DNA of 64,000 bases from Octopus vulgaris (taxonomy: Eukaryota), in assembly GCA_951406725.2 (NCBI GenBank), contig OX597826.1, positions 68,386,001-68,450,000 of the forward strand. The letters run 5' to 3'. This document shows positions 53,211 through 64,000 of the stretch, one piece after another (within the stretch, counting starts at the first letter, position 1; every line of letters begins with the position of its first letter). A model generated the notes under the pieces. It was given only the letters and a program-made list of their open reading frames with translations, was not told the origin of the DNA and made no database searches. A program made the position numbers and the translations under genes.

Positions 53211-53707
53211 CCCGCTGTACTCTTTCAGCACAACTTTCTCTCACTCTTTCAACCTACTTCTGACACAAAGCAGATGAACTATGGTGTAACCCACTATGGT
53301 GTGGTAAACTTTCAGACCCTAGTCTAGATTGCGAATCATCTGTACCCCAGGATGGTTCAGCTCACCACCCGTTAAAAGCTACCGTTTACGGAAGGAGGAT
53401 AACGTAACTTTCGCGCCCGTGCAACCGCCAGTCTATCGCGTGTGGTGGGTGAATCTTCAAGTTGCCACACGCATTCTTAGTAGGTTAGAGTAGGCTCGAA
53501 TCAGAGCTTATTCTTTGTGGCTAATGGCGTGAGTCCTGATTGGAAGAAGAAGAAGAAGAAGAAGAAGAAGAAGAAGAAGAAGAAGAAGAAGAAGAAGAAG
53601 AAGAAGAAGAAGAAGAAGAAGAAGAAGAAGAAGAAGAAGAAGAAGAAGAAGAAGAAGAAGAAGAAGAAGAAGAAGAAGAAGAAGAAGAAGAAGAAGAAGA
53701 AGAAGAA
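53211..53707 (+). mobile_element. 5'-truncated family D tail-3 SINE ending in (GAA)55
   Basis: 53211-53542 is collinear with ~47365-47700; perfect GAA tract at 53543-53707. Confidence 0.92.
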
Positions 53708-54229
53708 GACGACGACGACGACAAGTAGATCATCAACTGCAAGAACAATAAGAAATTGGAACAAGAGCTGAAAATGAAAATATTTTAACAAAGAAAACAC
53801 CGAAGTCACCGTCACCTCCAACAACAAAAGTAACAACAACAATAGTAAAGCCGACAACTTATTTGTTGCCGAATTTAGTCAACAGAGATAACTGAAGCAT
53901 TCTTTTGGGTGTGATTTGGGGAAAGAAGTCAAATAATTCTTGTGGAAAACTAATCTCTTTATGGCATCATCAAGCGAAAAGCTCACAAAAATAAAAAAAA
54001 GAAAGGAAAACAGTTGTGATCGATCAATATTTTAACAAGAAAATTAAGACGAGTCGAGAATTCCAACACGGACTAAACAGTGAAAGTTGTCTGTGGTTCG
54101 ATTTAGCATATGAGCAGAGGAAAAGATTTCGTGTCAGATCTCGCACAGTGCCATAGCGACGTGGAGGCGGGATATGATGTCTATTCAGAAGAATATATTT
54201 TAATTGCATCCAAATCTTGGGAGATGAGT

Positions 54230-54905
54230 GAATAAAGTAACATTTACGTGTATGCCTGCAACACTTAACATCGCATATTCCGAGATGATACTAGTTGAAC
54301 ATGGTGATATACTTATCATGGAGGCGCAATGGCCCAGTGGTTAGGGCAGCGGACTCGCGGTCATAGGATCGCGGTTTCGATTCCCAGACCGGGCGTTGTG
54401 AGTGTTTATTGAGCGAAAACACCTAAAAGCTCCGCGAGGCTCTGGCAGGGGATGGTGGTGATCCCTGCTGTACTCTTTCACCACAACTTTCTCTCACTCT
54501 TACTTCCTGTTTCTGTTGTACCTGTATTTCAAAGGGCCGGCCTTGTCACTCTCTGTGTCACGCTGAATATCCCCGAGAACTACGTTACGGGTGTACGTGT
54601 CTGTGGAGTGCTCAGCCACTTACACGTTAATTTCACGAGCAGGCTGTTCCGTTGATTCGGATCAACCGGAACCCTCATCGTCGTAACCGACGGAGTGCTT
54701 CCAAATACTTATCATAAAATGGACATCGAAGTAAAACTGGTCGGTTGTGAGGGGGAATGTGGGAATGTTGTTCAGAGCAGAAAACTTCCGCAAGATTGCT
54801 GACATCGTTTACATGGAGGGCTTGTGGCCCATATGAATGCTGTCGGAGGGCAGAAACAAAACGTTATGCCAATAGAACAAAAAACATCAACACCTTATTT
54901 GTTCT
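54230..54905 (+). pseudogene. Possible L1/Tx1-type ORF1 (gag-like) relic interrupted by a SINE
   Basis: Removing 54320-54715 gives one frame NKVTFTCMP...EHGDILII...FRKIADIV...SEGRNKTLCQ*NKKHQHLIC with a decayed CCHC-knuckle-like end and three stops. Confidence 0.38.
54320..54704 (+). mobile_element. Family D SINE, tail 4 (young)
   Basis: Clean family D head, a unique tail ending CGTCGTAACCGACGGAGTGCTTCCA, and a perfect TSD ATACTTATCAT at 54309-54319 and 54705-54715. Confidence 0.94.
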
Positions 54906-56534
54906 CAGTCATTGAAAAGTAGACAACCCATGTTGCCAACATCATAACCGCATCTACATAATCATTAGCTAGAGCAGTTGAGGACAGCCTACACAGTAAA
55001 GAAGCCATCGGAAAAGTTTTTTCTTTGCTCCCGTGGAAGAGCATGGGCGTCCGGAACTTCCTGCACTCCAAATCAAAAGTTTACTACAACAACTTAGATA
55101 CAAGATTCGGCTGGAATTTGCCATTTCCCATTGATTTTTTGGAGAATAATGTGGAGAAAGAAGAACAGGCCAAAATAAGGCAAATAGCTTCCATAGTCAG
55201 AAAGCGGAAGAACATGAAATTACAGAGCCCCACTGCGAGGACACAATACAAACAAAAAACCTAATTCACAAGCACTCAAGCAAAATGAACAGTAAACTCA
55301 TCACCATCAACCATCAGATCAACATCAACAACAAATCAGTCACAACAATATCCAAATCTGAAACTACATAAACAAAACACTTACTGTAGACAAAACTATT
55401 AGTCAGTTGACGGAATACTTAAACCATGCTGAAGATAAAATTAAGACAATGAGGTAATGACTTGCAGAGTTCATTCTCAAAACTCCTAGGGACACACTGG
55501 CAATACAAACATCATCAGAAATACAATAATCCCACGCCGTATCGCGGTTTATTTTATTATACTTAAGTTGATTCCCAAGTGGCGTTGTTTTGTATTTATA
55601 ATAAAATAAATATATACAAGTTATAACAATGAAAACAATATATATATATATATATATATACAGTACTTCGTGAATTTTCATCAGTCACGGCGGGGGGGGG
55701 GGAGGTAACACCCGTGATAGTCGAGGGATTACTGCATGCAAAAAGTTCGAGAAGATTGGGGATTTTTAAAAGAATCATCCAGCGACCTGCTACGCCATCC
55801 ATCCTTCCATCCATTCATCTATGCAGCCATCCATTCAAGCAGCTGTGTATCCATGCATGCATCCATCCAACCAATCAACCATATGTGAGTGTGTGTGTGT
55901 GTGTGTTAGTATGGGAACACAACTGTTATGAAGGATTTAATGCTGGGGGGAATGAAAAATAAATAATTAAAATCAGCTTGGAAAGATAGGGGATGTTTAC
56001 AAATCTCGCGTGATTTCCTCCCGAGAATTATTACAATTGTAATATACACCGCTTGTAAAAATATTACTTATATGTAGCTAACAAGTGAAAAACAGAAGGA
56101 TGAGAATAATCTTTAATAGGAATGAGCGAATTTGAAAGCGGGCGAGCATCAGAAATGTGACCACCCATAATGCGAAATGTGATTATAAATAAACACGAAA
56201 TATATAATAATAATAATAATATGGTAAATAATATATATGATACATGAAAATAGCAAAATGAAATGGAATCCAATAGAATGAAAAGGAAATGCATATATAT
56301 TTATAAGCATATATAATCTTGTATACATAAATTGTAAAATAACAAATTGTTGAAATATAATATGTGACTGTAATTGGAATATGTATATTAGTCTTTTACA
56401 GAAAACTATTGGAAAAAGTTAATAGCCGGAATTATACAGGATGAGCAACTGTTCTGCTGTGGTACATTCAATATGGAAAAGTCTGGCGCAGTAATGCTAG
56501 AAACGATTTTATGTAACTTCTAGTTTATCTCTTA

Positions 56535-56764
56535 CCATTTATTTGTTTCGGTGATTAGACTGCAGCAGTGCTGAGACACCGCCTTGAAGAGGTGTATTCG
56601 GACGACTTGACTCCAGTTCTTCATTTCTTTTTAAACATGGTGTCCATTTTATCGTTCAGTGTTTTGTCGAACGGCTAAGATACAGTGGCGCAAATATAGC
56701 AGCATTAACTGTCAAGCGTTTGTGGGGGACAAAGGCGGGCACACGCAGTGAAACGTATATGTAT

Positions 56765-56817
<53 letters not shown>

Positions 56818-56845
56818 TATAGATATAGATAGATATATATATATG

Positions 56846-56891
<46 letters not shown>

Positions 56892-57045
56892 CATGCATAC
56901 CTTCCCTATATATACGTCTACCGGATCTGCTCACAATGATTTGGTCGACCCGAGGCTATACCAGAAGAGGTTCCGCACCCTGAAGAGTAAACTCGGAACT
57001 ATGTTGCTGTGAAGCAAGCTTCTTACTACACAGACACGACTGCAC
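56535..57045 (-). mobile_element. Old family B SINE
   Basis: Diverged halves around an expanded TA/CA tract; TTGGTCGACCCGAGGCTATA is retained. Confidence 0.75.
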
Positions 57046-57499
57046 ATTGTTTAAAGCCGAGGCATTAATTTAATATGGATGAATGTGCTGTTTGTAGTGA
57101 GCGAAAATTAAGATGACATTTCTAAACCCGTGTATAGAGCATTTGTAAAGTGTATACAAATGTGGAACGACACGAGCTATAATATTTTCTTTCTCCGAGA
57201 ATCAGTCCGAGAAAGACATGGCTTAGCTTAGAACGCCGATTCATCGCTATTCCCTCTGTTTCGACTTGTTTTGTTCTCCTCAGTGACGAAAACCGCGGAT
57301 GTTCTAATTAAGCCGGAAATGCTTGTTCCCATATAGTATAAATATAAGGCATAGCTTTAGATGTTCGGAGATAATATATCTTAACAACTGCATGGTTCCA
57401 GGAACTCCACGTTACCTTGAGCAAGTGTTTTCTACTACGAGTGTTAGCTGTAATGTTCTTAGGCTGACCAAAATACCCTCATGGAATGTGACCAAATGA

Positions 57500-57850
57500 C
57501 ATTTCTTTTTCATCATAGTCCTTTTGGCGGTCTACACACGTTTTCCGTCGGTGTTGCAATGCTTTCATCTCATGGTGAAGAGGCTGTCGTCCTGTAGGTA
57601 AAAAAGTCATCAGCAGCAGATACGACGTCATCCTCATTGTTACACTGGTTCCCAGCCAATTGATTTTAATTGAAGGACAGAGAATAGCAACCTAGGGCTA
57701 AATCAGGAGAATTGAGAGGGTGATCAAGAAGTTCAACAGACAATCTCGCACAGCAGACTTTGAAAGCAAGGACGTCTTATGCTGTAGCATTGTCCTAATG
57801 ATACAAGACCCCTTCCGTCAGTTTTCTTGGGTGTTTGACCTTGATAATCC
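57500..57850 (-). pseudogene. Mariner transposase C-terminal fragment
   Basis: KHPRKLTEGVLYH*DNATA (VLFHQDNAPAH), ELLDHPLNSPDLAL (HPPYSPDLAP) and LQHRRKTCVDRQKDYDEK. Confidence 0.85.
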
Positions 57851-60235
57851 AGGATGTTCGTCGCTGAGAAGGACCTGCTCTGCATATCGTGTCTCACGAT
57901 CTACCGACGTTATGAAGGAAGCCTCGTGTTTCCAGCACTGAAATCTCATTGAGATATTTCTCTGAAACAAAATACTTCTGCTAGTGCGTTTATACATTCG
58001 AATCCATAGTGTAAACGTTATCCTCAGTGGTATTTTAATCTAAAACAGTTTCAGGATCTTATATTTATTTAAACTCCATTTAGTTTAATTGAATTCCGAA
58101 TTTGAACAGCGAAAGCTAAAGGATTAATTAAGGTGTTTTAATCTCGATATAGATAATCGGATGCAATATTCAATGAATAAATTATATTAGTTTAATAAAA
58201 CGGTGAAATCGCAGAAATGTTACCGTGCCGGAGAAAATGCTCTGCAGCGCTTCTTCTGGTTCTGATTTTTATGCCTCCGATATCCATCTCGTCTTTCCTA
58301 CCTTAAGAGCCGAGGAATATGTACTAGTTGAGAACTAGTATCGATGTACGCGTCTTTCCCAGCCCATTAAATTACCTGACCTTATACCAACGCCTCAAAA
58401 AACTATACTACGTCAATTTATTACAGCCTTGAAGGAGATACCAACACGTATGTCTCCATAAATTAATTAAAAGCAGTAAAAGTAGACAAGAAAATTGCGT
58501 AGTTCACAAATATATTTTTCTTATTTTACACAAATTTATCACTTTAAGAGTGGGTGTTTGTTACATAGTCAATGTTTGTACCTTCGATACTTATTTACTG
58601 GGCCCTTATTTTTTGTGTCTACGAAGGAATAAGAGAAAATGAAACAGATCCAAGCTCCTTATTTTGAACTCAGTAACTAAGGTGAAGCGTTAATTCCAAG
58701 CATACTCTCCCTGCCTACTACTATATTTCTACAACTACACACACTTCACTCCTACTAATATTGGCCTCCCATGCAAGTTTAATGAAGAAAAACGAAACGC
58801 ACTAATAATCAATATATAAACTCGGACAATAAGTTCACTTGTTCGATTTCCAGTTCAATTTATATTAAATTCCTTTCATTCTTTCCAGGATTTTATTTCC
58901 TTTTTTTTTTACATATGTAATTTTTTTTTTTCATTTATTTCTTACTTTTTTGTTTGTTTGTTTCTTCGTTTCTCTTCCCGTCTTTTTTTTTTTTCATCTT
59001 GGAAATTCTCTTCATTTTATGTCTATTCTTTTTCATTCTGTGGAATATTTTATTTGACTTTTCTTTTTTTTTTTCACGTTATTCATTCCACATCACAGAA
59101 CATCGCTTTGCATCAAACATACTCTAATTATATTATATTCATCATCATCATCATCATTATTATCATCATCACCATCATCATCGCCGTCGTTGTGGTCGTC
59201 ACCGTCTTCATTATAATCGTCATCATCATCATCATCATCATCATCAACACCACCACCATCATAATCATCATTGTCATCATCGTCGTCGTCATCATCATCA
59301 TTATATGATTATCGTTATCATCATCACGTTCCTATTCTTCCTCTTCTTCTTCCTCTTCTTCTTCTTCCTCTTCTTCTTCCTCTTCTTCTACTTCTTCTTC
59401 TTCCTCTTCTTCTTCCTTTTCTTCTTCTTTTTCACACCCCTACCAGTATAATCATCATTATCACACGTCATATCATCTTCCTCCTACTCTTCCTGTCTCT
59501 CCTTCTCCTCTTCCTCCTCCTGCTCCCCCCTCCTCATTCTCCTCATTACCATCACTACATCCAATATCACATGATTATAGTTATTTTCAAAATATGAAAT
59601 ATCATCAGCATCGCCATTACCATCATCACTATAATCATCATTACCACAAAGAGACGTCATCGAAAATTCTGTCATAACCACCACCACCACCAACATCACC
59701 ACCACCATCGTCATCATCATCATCATCATCAGCATCCCCGCTGTCATCCCAATCTACCCCACTACTGCCGCCGCTACCACCACCACCTCAAGAAAAAAAC
59801 ACTGTTATTGTATCATCAGTAAATGGCGTTTCTTCTCTTTGTTTAAGGTTGTTTTGTAATCTGCTTTTTATTATATTCTAAGCAAATACGATACCAGAAA
59901 TCTACTCAGGGCTACTGAAAAAAATTCTTGTATGATATGACTGGATTTAGAAAAAAAAAATCCTTGTGCGAAATTCCTAATAGTGTTTAAATCGGACTTT
60001 TCCGTGACTCACAGTTCTTAAACGTTGGATTATTGTTTAAAACAAGGAGGTGGCAGTTTTCGATCTTTCGCAAACATATGTGCCGCACTTAGCAGTAGCA
60101 TGTGGCACTCTGAGGAATCCGCTGCTGTATGGAAAGCTTTCAAGGATTTAAACTTACTAATTATGGATGTGGTAGCCATAAGAAGGCCAGCAACAAAATC
60201 CGTACAATAATCCAAATAGTAATTAAAATATAGAC

Positions 60236-60388
<153 letters not shown>

Positions 60389-60548
60389 TGTACATTATTT
60401 ACATATTTACATTTGATGTATATTTGTCTTCATCTTGTTGTTAACACAACGTTTCAGCTTTCATCAGGTGTCTTGGGAAAATTTCGAAGCTGGGTTTTCA
60501 TTCCTAAGTTACTTTCCGATGTTGTTGCTGCTGTTGTTGTTGTTGTTG

Positions 60549-60638
<90 letters not shown>

Positions 60639-60712
60639 CCACTGCCTGGAATCGAACTCGGAAACTTGTGGTTAGTAGCCCAGCGCTCTTAACCACTACG
60701 CCATATGCCCGT
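60389..60712 (-). mobile_element. tRNA-headed SINE-like unit with a hammerhead-containing tail
   Basis: Minus strand: GGGCATATGGCGTAGTGGTTAAGAGCG...GAGTTCGATTCC head (A and B boxes), (AAT)n/(AAC)n spacer, and a tail with the hammerhead motif, ending at (TATC)n/(TA)n. Confidence 0.72.
60443..60472 (-). ncRNA. Minimal type I hammerhead ribozyme motif
   Basis: GACAC-CUGAUGA-AAGCU-GAAAC-GUU-GUGUU: intact core boxes, 5-bp stem I (one G-U), loopless palindromic stem III (AACGUU) and a collapsed stem II. Confidence 0.68.
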
Positions 60713-61047
60713 AAACATATATGTATATGTGTGTGTGTGAGTGAGTGTGTGTGCACGCGCGCTGTGTGTATGCGTGTGTGTGTATGTGCGTGTGTGTGTA
60801 TATATATATCAGATTAATGGGCGCAATATAAACCTTACAGGCAAAATGTAATCGTCAGTAATTGTGACTGTATATGTTACAAGCACATATAATGCTACAA
60901 ATAAGAGTTTAACAGATTGTTGCTGCATAAAAGCACATTTTTACATGCTGTCAGGGTAGATAACTGCCCCAAGAGCGAAGCAAATTTAGAACACTGAACT
61001 GCATAACTTCCCCCTAATACGAATTGTCAGTAGTGTAGTCTTCTATG

Positions 61048-61290
61048 TGGAGGCGCATGGATTAGTACTTAAGAGCTGGACTCATGGTCGTAAGATTGTG
61101 GTTTCGATTACAGGATCGGGGGATGCATTTTGTTCTTGAGCAAAACTATTCATTCTACGTTGCTGTATTCTGCTCAGCAGGTATAAATGAGTAATCCGTC
61201 CAGGTGGGGAATTTATAGGTCATGAAACCGGAAAAGTGGTCGTTATGAGACAGTATGACTCGAGAAGGTAACTTTACCTTGTTTTTATTG
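61048..61290 (+). mobile_element. Diverged A-type CORE SINE with another tail end
   Basis: A-type head and CORE, partial tail 2 (CCGTCCAGGTGGGG...GAAACCGG), a distinct terminus GACTCGAGAAGGTAACTTTACC, and TSD CTTCTATG at 61040-61047 and 61291-61298. Confidence 0.8.
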
Positions 61291-61326
61291 CTTCTATGGA
61301 AGACGAAATTCTTCTTTCTATCTTCG

Positions 61327-61509
61327 CCATCACTTGACAACGGATGCTGGTGTGAGTAAGTACCCGTAACCTAGCGGTTCGGTAAAAGCGGCCGATAGAA
61401 TAAATACTAGGCGTACTAAGAATAATCCCTGGGGGTCGATTTGCTCGACTAAAGGCGGTTCTCCAGCATGGTGACATTCAAATGACTGAAACGAGTAAAA
61501 GAGTAAAAG
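61327..61509 (+). mobile_element. Family B SINE, 3' half
   Basis: Matches 18352-18550. Confidence 0.88.
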
Positions 61510-61719
61510 GGTATACATATACGTATGTTTGCATACATGTATGTGTGTGTATGTGTGTGTATGTGTGTGTGTGAGTGTTTGTGAGTGTTTGTGTGTGTGT
61601 GTGTGTGTGTAGTTAGTTGTCAGTAATAGGTTCGACAATATTTATTTAAAATGAATTTCAAACGATAAGCATATTAAATTCGAAAAATCCCGATATTGTT
61701 ATCAAGCAATTAAGTATTA

Positions 61720-62330
61720 ATGATTTATCAACTAAAATGAGCATTAAGAGAATTCTCCAATTTATGGGCAAATGGTGCTTCCGAACGTATAAACAACTCA
61801 GATGAAGCAGGAATTATTTTCGTGTATTACTACAAGGCATATTCACTCCTTCAGATATCAAAATGCCAAAGGATTTCATTCTTGGAAAGAGTGCGTAACA
61901 GCTGTTTGTTGTGCTGATATTAAGGGAGATAAAACAAGGGTTGTAGTGTTTCATAACTATTGAAATGTAAATGAGTTGATGACAAACGTTGTATTTAACA
62001 ATTGATTACGCAAGAGGGATTTGGTATTAAAACCCACAAATTTTCCTGTTTGTTGACAATTGTACGGAGCCAGAAATAATTTGCTATTAAATAACATCAA
62101 AGTAATTTTCCTCCTTTTAAGATTAATGTATCAGTCAAACTTAAAAAGCCGTATTATTATGGAAGAAAAATTGATACAAATTTAAACCGTAGTCGACGTT
62201 TTTTCAAAGACGATTCATTCACAAGCATTTACACGAATATTATTCTTTCTTGATTCGATGCATAATATTCTGAAGAGAAGTCGTAGAGAAGACGTTCAAA
62301 ATTGTTTGAACAAAAACGGATTTTGAAAAT
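61720..62330 (+). pseudogene. pogo/Tigger DDE_1 transposase relic
   Basis: ERINNSDEAG (I.NADETG), KECVTAVCCADIKGDK (KERVT...C.N..G.K), IFLFVDNCT (ILLFVDNC.AH) and LNNIKVIFL. Confidence 0.78.
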
Positions 62331-62605
62331 CTAACTTAGGAACAAATCTGTCATCAAAGAATTAAACCTTTTAAGAAATTAATCATTTGATAGAATTCCA
62401 GCCGTTACAACGAAGCGCAGATAAAGGCAAAATCATTGGTTGGCGATGACAATTGTTAAGGCGGCAGTTAAGATAACAGCGCTGGATATACGTCAAGCTG
62501 TTACTCACGTAGATTGTACATTCGAAGAAGAGAAAGAACTAAATGTTCAAAGTCTCTTTCAACTGACTATCCGAGGCGACAACTCTTACCGAATATCTAT
62601 CGCTA

Positions 62606-62661
<56 letters not shown>

Positions 62662-62683
62662 TATATGAACCCGGAACCTTGTG

Positions 62684-62727
<44 letters not shown>

Positions 62728-62728
<1 letters not shown>

Positions 62729-62896
62729 GCGGTGTGGTTGTGTGGTAATTAGCTTCCTTACCAATCACATGGTTCCGGGTTCAGTGTTCCGTGGCATCTT
62801 GGGCAAGAGTCTTCTACTATAGCTTCGGGCCGACCAAAGCCTTGTGAGTGGATTTGCTAGACGGAAACTGAAAGAAGCCCGTCTTATATATGTGTG

Positions 62897-62965
<69 letters not shown>

Positions 62966-63165
62966 TTGTGTGTCTGTGTCTCTCCCCACAACATCACTTG
63001 ACAAACGTGTTCTTGAGCAAAACACTTCATTTCACGTTGCTCCAGTCCACTCAGCTGGCAAAAATGAGTAACGCTGCGATGGACTGGCGTCCCATCCAGC
63101 TGGGGAACACATACGCCATTGCAACCGGGAAACCGGGCCCATGAACCTGGCTAGTTTTTAAAAGA
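62728..63165 (+). mobile_element. Family B SINE (62728-63006) fused to a CORE plus tail-2 segment (63007-63165)
   Basis: Abrupt switch at CACTTGACAAAC|GTGTTCTTGAGCAAAACAC; the second part is nearly identical to 43578-43735. Confidence 0.88.
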
Positions 63166-63180
63166 GCTTATATACACAAG

Positions 63181-63252
63181 CACTGGCTGTCAGTGGTAGG
63201 GGCGACAAACCCAGACTCAAAGACGCATACACACACATACACACACACACAC

Positions 63253-63309
<57 letters not shown>

Positions 63310-63479
63310 CATATATACAACGAGCTTCTTTCAGTCTCCGTCTACCAAATACACTTACAAGACTTTGGTCAGGCCGAAACTATAGTAAAAGACACTTGCC
63401 CAAGGAACCACACGGTGGGACTGAACCCGGAAGCATGTGACTGGGAAGCAAGGTTTTTACCACACAGCCGCACTTGCCT
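63181..63479 (-). mobile_element. Family B SINE, 3'-truncated
   Basis: Head, first half and central tract, inverted relative to 62728-63006. Confidence 0.85.
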
Positions 63480-64000
63480 CCATACGTGCGTGTCTTTGTG
63501 CGTGTCAGTCTAATTCGATAATACGTTTGTGCAACATCGGGACATCAATCAACAAATTTCACCAACTACGAGCATAAGTAATTTATTAATGGACTCTTAG
63601 GTGTTGACAGTGTAAATTAACATTACACATAGTTTCTAAATACACAATTTTTGATAAGTTCTAATATATCTAATTAGCAAATAATTACCATAGCAACTTG
63701 TCATAATGTCAAATTATTTACGGTAAACTTCATAGATTTGATCCCGGATGAATTCTACAGGATACAAGACGTAATCATGTTGACTATGATATCTATGTTA
63801 AAATAATATATTGAGTTTATATCAATTTAGTGGTTGAAGCATGCAGAATCTTTATGATGAAGCGAAATCAGAAAAAAAAAATGATTTCTCCATCGCTGTA
63901 TAAGTGCTTCTTTTGCGACTTGATTTCCACCAGTGGTAAAACACGTTCATACCTAGGCGTCATCTGAAGTGTATCAACTGATGATAGCTACGACCAACTA

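Noticed and set aside
59140-59790. CAT/CTT/CAC-rich stretch with hydrophobic or His-rich ORFs
   Set aside because: Degenerate trinucleotide repeats with no coding hallmarks.

Overview
AT-rich eukaryotic non-coding DNA with dense microsatellites ((TA)n, (TG)n, (TAA)n, (GATA)n, (CATA)n, (GAA)n) and many transposon relics. The repeat content strongly suggests an octopus (coleoid cephalopod) intron or intergenic region; this is inferred, not searched. No host gene can be called confidently. Almost all ORF-track entries are microsatellite translations, and there is one plausible 64-nt exon at 49554-49617. The window holds four tRNA-headed SINE groups (labelled A-D here) in about 40 copies or fragments, several with target-site duplications (TSDs), and they visibly swap heads and tails. 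It also holds a near full-length decayed mariner plus other Tc1/mariner and pogo/Tigger pieces and MITEs, a non-autonomous Helitron and a Helitron PIF1-helicase relic, a nest of R4/Dong-type non-LTR relics in (TAA)n, an RTE relic and Penelope-like (PLE) relics. Most interesting are: (1) a tRNA-promoter SINE-like unit at 60389-60712 whose tail carries a minimal hammerhead ribozyme of the PLE type; (2) seven fold-back mini-elements in dinucleotide tracts, several with hammerhead halves, including a pair whose arms co-vary; (3) modular SINE chimeras; (4) short templated inverted duplications at insertion junctions. All protein calls come from manual translation and motif recognition.
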